Positions 8,897 through 19,286 of a stretch of DNA of 64,000 nt are shown here, piece after piece (position 1 is the stretch's first letter; every line of letters starts with the position of its first letter). The notes beneath the pieces are model-generated. The model had not been told where the DNA came from. It saw nothing but the letters and a program-made list of their open reading frames with translations, and ran no database searches. The stretch lies in IMG/VR virus record IMGVR_UViG_3300015244_001911, positions 1 through 64,000 of that record; one strand, written 5' to 3'. Origin of the DNA: an uncultured virus (IMG/VR IMGVR_UViG_3300015244_001911) (lineage: Duplodnaviria; Heunggongvirae; Uroviricota; Caudoviricetes). The position numbers and the translations under genes were made by a program.

Positions 8897-10092
8897 GCAA
8901 AAATTCTATATCGGTTTATTCAGGAATAAACAAAGCTGGTTCAATGTACATCGAATCAAATGTTGAACCCAAGGTTCATATGTGGTTTGATTATTACCCT
9001 AAGATATCCGTTTCCGGTAAAAATATCGAGGGAGGATCTAATAGATTTACGACCATTATAAGAGATGGGTCTGATATCATCTACACGGCAGAAATTCACA
9101 CTGGAATGTTTTCTAATGCTTTTAAAAGAGGAGTATTTGATTGTACGATGGAAGCATACGATGAGAAGGGGATTTTAGTTGATCGATTCTCCATGCTGGA
9201 GTATTTTAAATCTGGAAAGGTTTGTGTTTCTATCGATAGTGCATCTTTGGGTGATAATATAGCTTGGGTACCTTACATAGAGGAGTTTAGGAAAAAATAC
9301 GAAATTCAAAATCTAATAGTTACCACTTTTTATAACGATCTTTTTGATGGCCAATATGAGAATATCACATTCAGACCTCCTGGGTACAGAGAGGATGGTA
9401 TGTCTGTCATTATTGGTGTTGGGTGGTACCAGGAGGAAGATAGGAATATGCATAAGATCGATCCGAGAACAATACCTTTGCAAAAGGTAAGTAGTGACAT
9501 TCTCGATGTTGAGTACTCCGGCGAAATTAGACCACTAATTAATAAAAAAATAAATCCAAGACCCACTAATAAGAAATACGTTTGCATTGCAACCGAATCC
9601 ACTGCAGGTGCTAAATATTGGCACTATCCTGGTGGGTGGCAAAGATTAGTAAATCTGTTAAAAAGTGTTGGTTATGAGGTGGTACTTATCCAAAAAGAAG
9701 CCAATTCACTGAACGGTGTTTTGGATCTAAGCGGGGATATTCCAATTGGGGACAGAGTAAGTGACCTACTTCAATGCGAGTTTTTCATCGGATTAAGCTC
9801 CGGATTATCATGGCTTTCGTGGGCTTTAGGAGTACCAACAGTCGTTATCTCTGGATTTACTGATCCTTTTCTTGAATTCTCTGACAGATGTCTTCGTATT
9901 ATAAATCGTGATGTTTGCCATGGATGCTTTACTAAAACCGAGTATAAATTCGATAGAGGAGATTGGTGGTGGTGTCCGGTTCACAAGGGAACCGATAGAT
10001 ATTTTGAATGTACGAAAACAATAAAGCCCGAAGACGTCTTTATTTCTATATTGGATTGGATCGAATCCGATTATACAAAGGGATCCAACTAA
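8887..10092 (+). CDS. Aah/TibC-type (autotransporter strand-loop-strand) protein O-heptosyltransferase, GT9-related
   Basis: SLGDNIAW catalytic segment, KKYVCIATEST..AKYW..PGGW, FFIGLSSGLSWLSWA, ISGFT and four-Cys iron finger CHGC...CP...C. Confidence 0.8.
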   Translation: MEISKNSISVYSGINKAGSMYIESNVEPKVHMWFDYYPKISVSGKNIEGGSNRFTTIIRDGSDIIYTAEIHTGMFSNAFKRGVFDCTMEAYDEKGILVDRFSMLEYFKSGKVCVSIDSASLGDNIAWVPYIEEFRKKYEIQNLIVTTFYNDLFDGQYENITFRPPGYREDGMSVIIGVGWYQEEDRNMHKIDPRTIPLQKVSSDILDVEYSGEIRPLINKKINPRPTNKKYVCIATESTAGAKYWHYPGGWQRLVNLLKSVGYEVVLIQKEANSLNGVLDLSGDIPIGDRVSDLLQCEFFIGLSSGLSWLSWALGVPTVVISGFTDPFLEFSDRCLRIINRDVCHGCFTKTEYKFDRGDWWWCPVHKGTDRYFECTKTIKPEDVFISILDWIESDYTKGSN

Positions 10093-10106
10093 CCTTTTTA
10101 ATAGCG

Positions 10107-10114
10107 GATATATA
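10107..10114 (+). promoter_or_regulatory. Putative late promoter GATATATA
   Basis: Motif recurs upstream of structural genes. Confidence 0.7.
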
Positions 10115-10134
10115 ATAAAAGTATCTAGCTATAA

Positions 10135-12624
10135 ATGAATTTTTACCCAGAAGATAAATTTCCGAAAAAAGGAACACCTGTTACCGACGGTAACGGTGAA
10201 CAATATGACCTATCCGAACAGAGGTATAATTATCATGATGATTTACAGAACACATCAAAGATAAAAGAATCCTCTGTTGACAACATATATTCTACACCAG
10301 GAGCCGCTTCTGCAAGGGCTCAGCAAATAGGATGTGGTGGATATCATGAGGTCACTATAAACGGAAACACCTACTACAAACCTTGTGAATCTTCTTCGTA
10401 TTATGACATAAGGATAGAGCAACTGGAGAGTGCTCTAAACTTCACGTACATCGGAAGTTACCGTGTACTTACCTGGGATAAGCCTTTCGAATATGTTACT
10501 AAATTCAATGGATGGATTATAGATGCTTCCAATAGTAGTAACTCCGGATCCGCGATAGATGCAAATGATATTTCTATAGACTTCAGATATAGTATTGATG
10601 GAAAAACATGGTCGCTTTGGACAAACGTAGGAACAGCACTAGGTGGACTTACTAACGAATTTTCGGATCTTTTCGAAATCACATTGGATCCTAATAATAA
10701 ATTCTATCCCGAATTTAGATTCACTTCGGTTCTTGTAAATGATGATGGCACCATAGTTTATAATACCAACGAGCCAATAGATCCATCAATAGTTATTGTT
10801 AGTTTCGAATTGGATCTTGATTATGCTCCTACTCCGGAAGTTGTAATCTATAAACCGGCAGCAATATGCTCAAACGAGATATCGAACAGACCGGTCGTTT
10901 TTTCTGATTGTAAATTCACATTTAATCCTTATGCTGTAAATAGAGCATTAAATCTATATCAGGATCTGAGTCTGATGGTTAATAATGTATTTGGATTGGA
11001 AGCTAATTATTATTCAGTACAGCCACAAGCCAGAGGTAAGGATGTTATTTTAAGGGAGTATACGATATTTAATGTTGTTGACGAAAAATGTGTTAAGCTA
11101 TTGGTTCCTCAGAATCAATTTCCTGATAACAAGATTAACTTCGACCCATTTGGACTTCAATTCGAGGAGCCTTTTGAGATACAGATTGATAAAAGATATT
11201 TTGAAGGAATATTTGGAAAGGGATCTCAGCCTAGAAAGAGAGATATTATATACTTTCCTATAACTAATAGAATCTATGAGATAAATTCAACGTATTTATT
11301 TAGAGATTTTATGAATGCTCCGGTATATTTTAAGATAGAGCTTAAGAAATATAATCCTAAAAGTAATACTTATTTTCAAGATCCAGCATACAAGGAGGAG
11401 TTGGATGGAATATCTCTAACCACTGAGGATCTATTTGGTGATGATGTTAGAGCTGAAGAACTTAAGGCTGCTAAACCGCAACAATATGCTACCACGATAA
11501 CTCAAATGTCTCAAGATCCTATCAGATCTTATGTTTATAAGGATCTTTCTATTATAGGATATGATCTTAATAATAACTGGACTATAGTTTTAAATCATTA
11601 TTATGACCTTTACGAGGCTTTCGCTGATGATTCAGAATTTGGATATGATCCTAATAGATATAGAAATGCCATAAGATATAAGATACTACCTGAACTTGCT
11701 TCAGCCGGTGAACTTGCGTATACATGTTGGTTTACACTTAAGGATTTCTATGATAACCAGCAAATGCTAAGAAGACCCTATCCAGTACTGAACTTAACAT
11801 TAGAATCTTCCGATTCGAATTACCTTTATTTTAATAGCTATCCTAAGAGACATAGATTATCCAGATGGGAATCCTATGCTTCTAATCCGGAGGGATATGT
11901 TGCTATACAGGGGGATAAACTTCACTCTGGAGGATATGAAGTTGTTGAGGTTATAGACGAATATAGGTTCACCATAAAGAATAATTCAACAACATTTTCT
12001 GATGGAACCATCATATGGAAAATGCAAAAGGCACAAAGCAGAAACCTAATAAGCGGATTATATTTAACGGAGAATGACGATATAAAGGGACTTAGAATTG
12101 ACCTGATACATTCTGGTGTTACTGACGAAACATCAAACCCTTTCTTAGGACAGGGAAGTTTAGTGATAAGATTAAATGACACCGTTATAAATTCACCTCT
12201 ACAATTCACCCCAGAATACGGAAGCTGGTATGGTGTTGTTGTAAATGTATCTAACGTTTATAAACAAATCGCTGCTAACATCTGGGAAATGTCATATGAT
12301 CCTACAAATCCTGCTGAACAGTCTAGTAAGCTTGATAAAGTCCACGAAGAAGTTAGAATGTTTACCACACCAATAACTTTCAAAGCACCATCAGATAAAG
12401 TTACCGATACCTCTAGTCCTTATTATGGAACCGATAATAATTCATATAAGGTATTTACTGGACCAATTTATTTAAGCAATGTGAGATTATTTAAAAATAT
12501 GATAGATATAGATACACAATCAACAGTACTGAACCAAAACATCGTGCGTGACGCGCAGCTCGCACACATCATTGATAACGCCAAACCTCTATTGAACATG
12601 CCTAAGTTTGCACGAAATAGATAA
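10135..12624 (+). CDS. Large virion protein containing a T4 gp14-like neck domain
   Basis: FGLQFEEPFEIQIDKRYFE...PRKRDIIYFPITNRIYEI segment; lies before the terminases. Confidence 0.6.
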   Translation: MNFYPEDKFPKKGTPVTDGNGEQYDLSEQRYNYHDDLQNTSKIKESSVDNIYSTPGAASARAQQIGCGGYHEVTINGNTYYKPCESSSYYDIRIEQLESALNFTYIGSYRVLTWDKPFEYVTKFNGWIIDASNSSNSGSAIDANDISIDFRYSIDGKTWSLWTNVGTALGGLTNEFSDLFEITLDPNNKFYPEFRFTSVLVNDDGTIVYNTNEPIDPSIVIVSFELDLDYAPTPEVVIYKPAAICSNEISNRPVVFSDCKFTFNPYAVNRALNLYQDLSLMVNNVFGLEANYYSVQPQARGKDVILREYTIFNVVDEKCVKLLVPQNQFPDNKINFDPFGLQFEEPFEIQIDKRYFEGIFGKGSQPRKRDIIYFPITNRIYEINSTYLFRDFMNAPVYFKIELKKYNPKSNTYFQDPAYKEELDGISLTTEDLFGDDVRAEELKAAKPQQYATTITQMSQDPIRSYVYKDLSIIGYDLNNNWTIVLNHYYDLYEAFADDSEFGYDPNRYRNAIRYKILPELASAGELAYTCWFTLKDFYDNQQMLRRPYPVLNLTLESSDSNYLYFNSYPKRHRLSRWESYASNPEGYVAIQGDKLHSGGYEVVEVIDEYRFTIKNNSTTFSDGTIIWKMQKAQSRNLISGLYLTENDDIKGLRIDLIHSGVTDETSNPFLGQGSLVIRLNDTVINSPLQFTPEYGSWYGVVVNVSNVYKQIAANIWEMSYDPTNPAEQSSKLDKVHEEVRMFTTPITFKAPSDKVTDTSSPYYGTDNNSYKVFTGPIYLSNVRLFKNMIDIDTQSTVLNQNIVRDAQLAHIIDNAKPLLNMPKFARNR

Positions 12625-12627
12625 GAT

Positions 12628-13410
12628 ATGCCAAGAAGAAAACCAAAACCTGAAAAGGTCGTACAGGAAAAAATAAAAGAAAGTTTAGACTCCATCATAA
12701 TGGAGGAGGCACTAGATAACATACTTTCTGATACCGATGAACTTCCCAGATTAAAAACCACTGAGATGATGGATTTTGCTGGTGAGAAGTCCACTGCTTT
12801 GTCCGAAGCCAAAGCATTATTGGATTCCATTACTAAATTTTATGTCGATTTAGATCAAACAGAATCCCACGTGGAGTTTAAGAAAAAAGCGGACACGATG
12901 AATCTCTCCGCTATGATGTTTCAACTAAAATCAGCTCAACATGCCATTACTAAAATATTAGAGGAGATAGATTTAGGTAATATGCATCCCAGACTCTTCG
13001 AGGTCTTAGCTCAGCTACAATCTCAGATAATGCAGATGCCCAAGGATTATCAGGCATATCTGGAAAAGATGGAGCAGAATTACAAGAAGACAAAGATAGA
13101 GATAGAGGAGAAAAGACATTCCGGTGGGATGGTGCTAGATCAGGTTCCTGGATCTGATGGTGTTTATCTTTCAACAGGTAACCAAAGTGACAGCGGGCTA
13201 AGATCAAGGGGAACCAGAGGTATAATGGAGGGACTCCGGGATATTATAGGTTCTGAGATTATTGACGTTAAACCGGAGGTCATAGATCCTAATGCGGTTG
13301 TTAATGCTAGAGACAAAAAAAGGATCGACGCACAAAATCCGATGAGACAGGATTCCGATACCTATGAGGATCCAGATGAATATGAAATCGAGGATGATAT
13401 ACTAGAATAA
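12628..13410 (+). CDS. Probable terminase small subunit
   Basis: Helical protein directly upstream of TerL; PRLFEVLAQL segment. Confidence 0.45.
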   Translation: MPRRKPKPEKVVQEKIKESLDSIIMEEALDNILSDTDELPRLKTTEMMDFAGEKSTALSEAKALLDSITKFYVDLDQTESHVEFKKKADTMNLSAMMFQLKSAQHAITKILEEIDLGNMHPRLFEVLAQLQSQIMQMPKDYQAYLEKMEQNYKKTKIEIEEKRHSGGMVLDQVPGSDGVYLSTGNQSDSGLRSRGTRGIMEGLRDIIGSEIIDVKPEVIDPNAVVNARDKKRIDAQNPMRQDSDTYEDPDEYEIEDDILE

Positions 13411-13411
13411 T

Positions 13412-15235
13412 ATGGAGGATTTATTAGAAAATGGAGTCCAGCAGGAAACATCCTATTGGACAACAGCCAGAATAGATGAGCTATTAAGGAGAGTTGATGG
13501 GGAAGGTCTAGATTATAAAAGTGTAGAAAATCCATTTCATGACAATAATCCGGATCTCAAAAGAGCCAACGTTCTCTGGGAGTACACCAAAGATGAGATA
13601 CTTGAAATGAAAAAATGCGCGGAGGACGTGACATATTTTGCCAAGTATTGTAAGGTAATGACCGATACTGGATTGGATTATATCAGACTGAGAGATTACC
13701 AGGATTCAGTTCTTAGGGAATATCAGGGTAGCAGATTTAATATCTTTCTTGCACCGAGACAGGTTGGTAAATCGATCACCTCTTCTATAATTCTTGTTTG
13801 GTACCTACTTTTTAACCATGATAAAAATGCAATGATCCTGGCCAACGTCGGTGACACTGCGGAGGAATTAATGGACAAGATTAAATCTATTATTAAGGGG
13901 CTACCATTCTTTTTAAAGCCAGGTATAATGGTAAACAACGTTATGTCAATGCGTTTTGATAACGGATGTAGAGTTTTAGCAAAGACTACAACTAAAACTT
14001 CCGGTATTGGTTTTACAATTCATTTCTTATACATGGATGAGTTTGCCCACATTAACCCCAATTTTATCGAGGCTTTCTTTAGATCCACATATCCAACAGT
14101 TTCCTCGTCCAAGGTCTCCCGGATCATAATCACATCGACACCTAATGGAATGAATAAATTCTATGAAATTTATCAGGGTGCTCTCGACGGTGAAAACAGT
14201 TTTAATCCAATCAGGGTGGATTGGTGGCAGGTTCCCGGCAGAGACGAAGCTTGGAAACAGAGGGAGATAGGTAACTTAGGAAGTGAAGAGCTATTCAATC
14301 AGGAATACGGTAACCAATTTTTAAGTTCATCAAGTTTACTTTTGGGATCCAATGAGCTTAAAAAAATAAGAAAAAATGAAGTTGAATATTCCTGGAAAGA
14401 AATCAGTTGTCTTCATGATAACGGTGTTAACTACGAGAATCTAATATGGCACCCTAAGTTCGACCTGGATAAATGCGACGGCCCGGGTAAGAAATTTGTG
14501 TTATCTATAGATTTGAGTGCTGGCGGAAAGGGAGACTTTACGGTTATTAATATATTTAAGGTTACTCCTTTACCTAAGACAGTGATTGATAGAATAGAGG
14601 AATTTGAGGACGAGGCTGATTTTTTTGGACTCGTCCAGGTCGGCGTATTTAGAGATAATGAAATTAAGCTTGAGGAGTTTACTAAACTTGTACAACTTCT
14701 CTGCAGCGACCTCTTTACTGTGGATAGGGTTAAGATCGCATTAGAGATGAACTTTAAGGGCGAGATATTATATGACAAACTCACCGTCAGAGATGATTTT
14801 TACGATGAGATGTTTCTGTTTACTAAACACAGCGAAAGTGCCAGAGTACTAAAACCGGGTATAAAATACAACGAGAAAAACAAGATGAAGTATTGTGAAT
14901 TGCTCAGAAGCCTGGTTAAGAGCGATAAAATCTTAGTAAATGAGAAGAAATGGACTATACCCGAGCTTTTCACTTTCGGGTTAAATTCGAGAGGAACTTA
15001 CTCGAGCCAGAGCGGACATGATGATGTTGCAATGACCCTAGTTAATTTACCAGGTTTATTCGATGGATATGACTTTAATCAGATAGTTGGTGACGTCTTT
15101 GATGAGCTTACGGAAAATCCATATAAGGACATAATAATCAGAAAAATTGAGGGTGGACAAATATTAGACGAGAATCAGAGAGGACCTAGTACCAAGGATG
15201 GAAGAAGCTACGGGGATTTTAGTAAACTCATGTAA
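13412..15235 (+). CDS. gp17: Terminase large subunit (T4 gp17-like)
   Basis: LRDYQ, APRQVGKS, YMDEFAH, ITSTPNG, SIDLSAG and HDDVAM motifs. Confidence 0.95.
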   Translation: MEDLLENGVQQETSYWTTARIDELLRRVDGEGLDYKSVENPFHDNNPDLKRANVLWEYTKDEILEMKKCAEDVTYFAKYCKVMTDTGLDYIRLRDYQDSVLREYQGSRFNIFLAPRQVGKSITSSIILVWYLLFNHDKNAMILANVGDTAEELMDKIKSIIKGLPFFLKPGIMVNNVMSMRFDNGCRVLAKTTTKTSGIGFTIHFLYMDEFAHINPNFIEAFFRSTYPTVSSSKVSRIIITSTPNGMNKFYEIYQGALDGENSFNPIRVDWWQVPGRDEAWKQREIGNLGSEELFNQEYGNQFLSSSSLLLGSNELKKIRKNEVEYSWKEISCLHDNGVNYENLIWHPKFDLDKCDGPGKKFVLSIDLSAGGKGDFTVINIFKVTPLPKTVIDRIEEFEDEADFFGLVQVGVFRDNEIKLEEFTKLVQLLCSDLFTVDRVKIALEMNFKGEILYDKLTVRDDFYDEMFLFTKHSESARVLKPGIKYNEKNKMKYCELLRSLVKSDKILVNEKKWTIPELFTFGLNSRGTYSSQSGHDDVAMTLVNLPGLFDGYDFNQIVGDVFDELTENPYKDIIIRKIEGGQILDENQRGPSTKDGRSYGDFSKLM

Positions 15236-15282
15236 TAATGGTTATTTAAATATCCTTTATCAATAATTCCTGTTTCTTTTTT

Positions 15283-15290
15283 GATATATA
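15283..15290 (+). promoter_or_regulatory. Putative late promoter GATATATA
   Basis: Upstream of the sheath gene. Confidence 0.7.
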
Positions 15291-15319
15291 GTCTAGAAGC
15301 AAAAATATCTTGAAAAATA

Positions 15320-18300
15320 ATGGCAAATAAGGTAAAAATAGACTACTCACAGTTTAGAGCATCTGGAGTTTATACATTAGAATTTGACGCGTCACAAAAC
15401 GTCATTCTAACGTCTCAGACTATTAGATTGGTTGTAGGTTTCTCTAACAAGGGGCCTTTCAATACCCCAGTCTATATCCCGGATGTAACAACTCTTATAT
15501 CTATTTTTGGTGACGTAGACAGATCACTAGAAAATAAAGGATCTTTTTTCCAAAGATCCATCTTAACATGTTTAAATACTGGACCGGTCTTTGCGTTGAA
15601 TCTATTAAGATTAAATGACGACGTAGATACTGCAGATCCGGACGAAGCAACTTATCAGGCTTATTCTGTTGACACCGAGGAATATAACGGTGTTATCACT
15701 AGCAAACTATATTCATCCTACTATAACAAGGAGAGATTCTGGTTTGCTGATCCTAATTATTTCCTTGCAACACTAAGTGTTGCCGATCAAGGAAAACTTT
15801 TCAGCTTAACCAATCTTGGAAAAACTCCTATGAGTATAATAGTTAGAAAATCTACGGATTCTTCTAAGCCTCTTAAGGGTTTTGATATTTTCGCAATCGA
15901 TTGGTATGGAGCAAATAACGTTCCGACGTTTATGCACCCTTACGATTACATCTCGGATTATTTCATAGATGTTATTGCAATTTATGGTAACTGGACAAAT
16001 TATCAAGCTCTTGCAATCGATCCTAAATGGACCACATATTTCACTAATAATGGATTCATCAAGAGCAGAATAGACTCTTTCCTTGCTGAACCTGACGTTT
16101 CGATCGTGACTACAATAACTGGATGTATCATACCGGACTTCGTTGATCTTAACGGAGTTAACCAGTATATACAAACATTAGTTAACAACGGAACACCTTC
16201 AACAGGTTTATTCTGTGCTATCGACGAACAAGCATTTGATGATATCTGCGATAATTCATCCAGGATAGATCTAGTAGGAAATCACCTAATCGACGAATTA
16301 AGTGGAGATAGAGATTTAGCTACACCTAAAATTAACTTCTTAAGTTACGATCAGGTGTTAGTTGCCGATTACCTATACAATCAAAATGTAGTTGGAGTTA
16401 CCGGTGCTACTGGTTTCAATAGTGCTACTGGTGCTACTGTTTACACGACAGGTGCTAACGTTGGTACATTATTCACTCTAACCGGTGCTACTGGTTCAAC
16501 CGCAGGTGTTGTTTACCAATCATTTAATACATACGATCCTTCAGCATATGACGGAGGTTTACACTATCTTCAAACATCAGGAGCATACGGTGTGACCGGA
16601 GGTTATATGGCAAATTCTACTGACGTAACGGAGCTTAAGAGTTTCCTAAGTGTTAGCTCATCAAACGATCAGAAATTCATTTTAGGTGTGGTGACTGGTT
16701 ACACTGGAGGTTTAACTGGAGGTTTAATTAATCAATTCTCTGAAGCTAACCTAGTTAAACTTAAAGTAACTGGAACTAAAGACGTTTCGGGAGCTCTTAG
16801 AATATTCTTTACCCACCCATTGGATACATCTTTCTATAGATCTCAAGGTATAATTGTTAAACCTACTTACAACCTAACATCTTATAATACCGGTGCCTCT
16901 GGAAGTAACCAACCTTTCTATACGGATGCTTATCAGTTTGGTAATTCTGATTATTTAAATATCGAAAGCGTAGCAACACCAGAAGGTGTTACTGGACCTG
17001 GTGCTCCTTTTGGAGTTTCTAATACCATCGTAGCCTACAATGCTTCTGATCTATATCAGGATAATAAATATGCAGAAGTAACTGACGGAGATTTGGCATG
17101 GACAAACTCAGCAGGAACCCAACTTAAATACTTAGGGTTTGAGGAAACAGTTGATAGAGACCAATTCAATCTGGTTTATACAAGAGCATTTTCTAGCGTT
17201 GATCTAGACACTGTAACAATCGCTAATGTACCTGGATTTGGTACAACATACGCTTCGGATAACATTGGTAATCCAGTAAGTGCACAAAGTTTTGATATAG
17301 TTTCTCAGGAAGGCTCAATCAACCAATTCGTAGATTGTACAAGAATAGACGTTACCACATTCACTGTAACTTTGGATGCTAACGGTAATTCTCCATTCTC
17401 TGTTGGTGATTTGGTTGTATCGACAGATCTTGATATCTGCGAGCCTGCAACAGGAAATAGACAGAATAGATTAGCTAAGATCACTTCAGTTTCTCGTACA
17501 ACTACAGCGGGAGTATACAGAGTGGTAGCTGCAAGACCAGTTTACTACTATTCTACAACAAACGGAGTTAGAGTTCAAAAATTCTTATCTATAGCTCAAT
17601 TCACTAGATCTTTTGATTTATCATATCTTTCAGGATTTGTAATGACTGATTGGCATAGACCTAACGGAAGTGATGCTAGACTAACTGAGATTTTGGACGT
17701 TATGTATGACACCAATATAGCTAAAACATTAGCTTCTAAGGACGTTATTTCATTCAGATACATCGTAGATACATTCTCTGGACAAATCCTACCTAATTCT
17801 AAATATCAGCTTAGTAAGCTTGCTAAATTGAGACAACAAGCACTTGCTATTATTAACGCGCCTTCAATGGCTCAATTTAGAGCTAGTACGGATCCTAGAT
17901 TTACCGATGCTCCAACAGCAGCTAATCCTTATCCTAAATTGAACACTGCTTATATCGCAGACGGAGGTAACTTATCACTTAATCCTTCATACACATTCAG
18001 TCTACCGACTGAAGATGATGGAGCTAAATTCTGCGGTTTCTACTCACCTTATATTACGGTCAGAGAATCAAACAGAAACGTTGAAGTACCACCAGCAGCT
18101 TATGTTTCTAATAATTTCCTTAGAAAATTTGCTAACGGAGAACCTTACGCAATTATAGCAGGTCAAAAAAGAGGGGTAATAAGCGGATCAAGCGTGGTAG
18201 GAGTTGAATATGACTTTACTGATGAGGACAGAGGAAATCTTGAACCATTCGGAATTAACCCGATCATCAAGAGAAGAGGAATTGGTGTGGTTATCTTCGG

Positions 18301-18673
18301 TAACCAAACAGCTTACCAACAAGTTAACTCTGCATTTAATTTAGTTCACGTAAGAGATCTTTTAATTAGTATAGAATCTGACGTTCAGGAAATCCTATCT
18401 AATTACTTATTTGATTTCAATGACGATTCAATCAGACTTGAAATAAAAACATTGGTTGATAACTACTTAGACGGTGTAAGAGCAGGTGGAGGTATTTATG
18501 CTTACCAAACTATCATGGATGCTTCTAATAACACTCCAGCAATTATCGACATGAACATGGGTATAATTGATGTTATTATCGAACCTGCTAGAGGAATTCA
18601 GAAATTCATTAATAGAATTACTGTTACTAGAACTGGCGGAATCGCAGCAGGTGGATTTATACAATTCGTATAA
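15320..18673 (+). CDS. gp18: Tail sheath protein (gp18-like) with a large central insertion
   Basis: SGVYTLEFDAS, GFSNKGPFNTP, VPPAAYV, INPI, VRDLL and MDASNNTPAIID motifs. Confidence 0.92.
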   Translation: MANKVKIDYSQFRASGVYTLEFDASQNVILTSQTIRLVVGFSNKGPFNTPVYIPDVTTLISIFGDVDRSLENKGSFFQRSILTCLNTGPVFALNLLRLNDDVDTADPDEATYQAYSVDTEEYNGVITSKLYSSYYNKERFWFADPNYFLATLSVADQGKLFSLTNLGKTPMSIIVRKSTDSSKPLKGFDIFAIDWYGANNVPTFMHPYDYISDYFIDVIAIYGNWTNYQALAIDPKWTTYFTNNGFIKSRIDSFLAEPDVSIVTTITGCIIPDFVDLNGVNQYIQTLVNNGTPSTGLFCAIDEQAFDDICDNSSRIDLVGNHLIDELSGDRDLATPKINFLSYDQVLVADYLYNQNVVGVTGATGFNSATGATVYTTGANVGTLFTLTGATGSTAGVVYQSFNTYDPSAYDGGLHYLQTSGAYGVTGGYMANSTDVTELKSFLSVSSSNDQKFILGVVTGYTGGLTGGLINQFSEANLVKLKVTGTKDVSGALRIFFTHPLDTSFYRSQGIIVKPTYNLTSYNTGASGSNQPFYTDAYQFGNSDYLNIESVATPEGVTGPGAPFGVSNTIVAYNASDLYQDNKYAEVTDGDLAWTNSAGTQLKYLGFEETVDRDQFNLVYTRAFSSVDLDTVTIANVPGFGTTYASDNIGNPVSAQSFDIVSQEGSINQFVDCTRIDVTTFTVTLDANGNSPFSVGDLVVSTDLDICEPATGNRQNRLAKITSVSRTTTAGVYRVVAARPVYYYSTTNGVRVQKFLSIAQFTRSFDLSYLSGFVMTDWHRPNGSDARLTEILDVMYDTNIAKTLASKDVISFRYIVDTFSGQILPNSKYQLSKLAKLRQQALAIINAPSMAQFRASTDPRFTDAPTAANPYPKLNTAYIADGGNLSLNPSYTFSLPTEDDGAKFCGFYSPYITVRESNRNVEVPPAAYVSNNFLRKFANGEPYAIIAGQKRGVISGSSVVGVEYDFTDEDRGNLEPFGINPIIKRRGIGVVIFGNQTAYQQVNSAFNLVHVRDLLISIESDVQEILSNYLFDFNDDSIRLEIKTLVDNYLDGVRAGGGIYAYQTIMDASNNTPAIIDMNMGIIDVIIEPARGIQKFINRITVTRTGGIAAGGFIQFV

Positions 18674-18717
18674 TGATATTTACTGATTTTAGAGGCAAAA
18701 GATAAATATAACTAACT

Positions 18718-19272
18718 ATGGCAGGATTATCACATTTTCAAAATTCACTTTCAGGAATAAACAAATTCGAACCTGTTTATCTGAACCAGTTTGAGGTAAC
18801 AATTATACCTCCTGGTGCTGTAGCTGGTGGTGAAATAATGCTTCAGCACGTAAGTAAAGTTAGTGGACTTTCACTCGATAAAAATCCAGGTATAACTAGT
18901 CAGAAGTATAAATTTGCTAAAAGAAACTATGCTGGTGCTAAACCTGAAACCACCTATATGGACGTTAGTTTAAGTTTCAGCGTCAATTTAAATGATGCTA
19001 ATTCGATGTATGTCTTTAAAACACTAAGACAATGGTCGGATCTTATCTATAATCCATTAACGGGTGCAATGGGGCTTAAAAATGATTATACCGGTACTAT
19101 CGTTATCTCTATATTCAATAAACAAGGAGACGTTTTCAGAAGAATAACCTGTAAAGATTGTTTTCCTACTAAGCCAATCTCTCCAATGAATTTAAGTTAT
19201 CTTTCGACTGATCTATATAAGATAGATGATATGACTTGGGCGGTTGATTACTGGGAAGATTTATTCTTATAA
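18718..19272 (+). CDS. gp19: Tail tube protein 1 (gp19-like)
   Basis: Follows the sheath; FEPVYLNQFEV...WSDLIYNPLTGAMG...DYWED. Confidence 0.8.
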   Translation: MAGLSHFQNSLSGINKFEPVYLNQFEVTIIPPGAVAGGEIMLQHVSKVSGLSLDKNPGITSQKYKFAKRNYAGAKPETTYMDVSLSFSVNLNDANSMYVFKTLRQWSDLIYNPLTGAMGLKNDYTGTIVISIFNKQGDVFRRITCKDCFPTKPISPMNLSYLSTDLYKIDDMTWAVDYWEDLFL

Positions 19273-19286
19273 AATAAAAAATAGAA

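Noticed and set aside
13412..15235. Intein or intron in the terminase or other core genes
   Set aside because: Lengths and motif spacing look ordinary; no splice motifs or homing endonuclease seen
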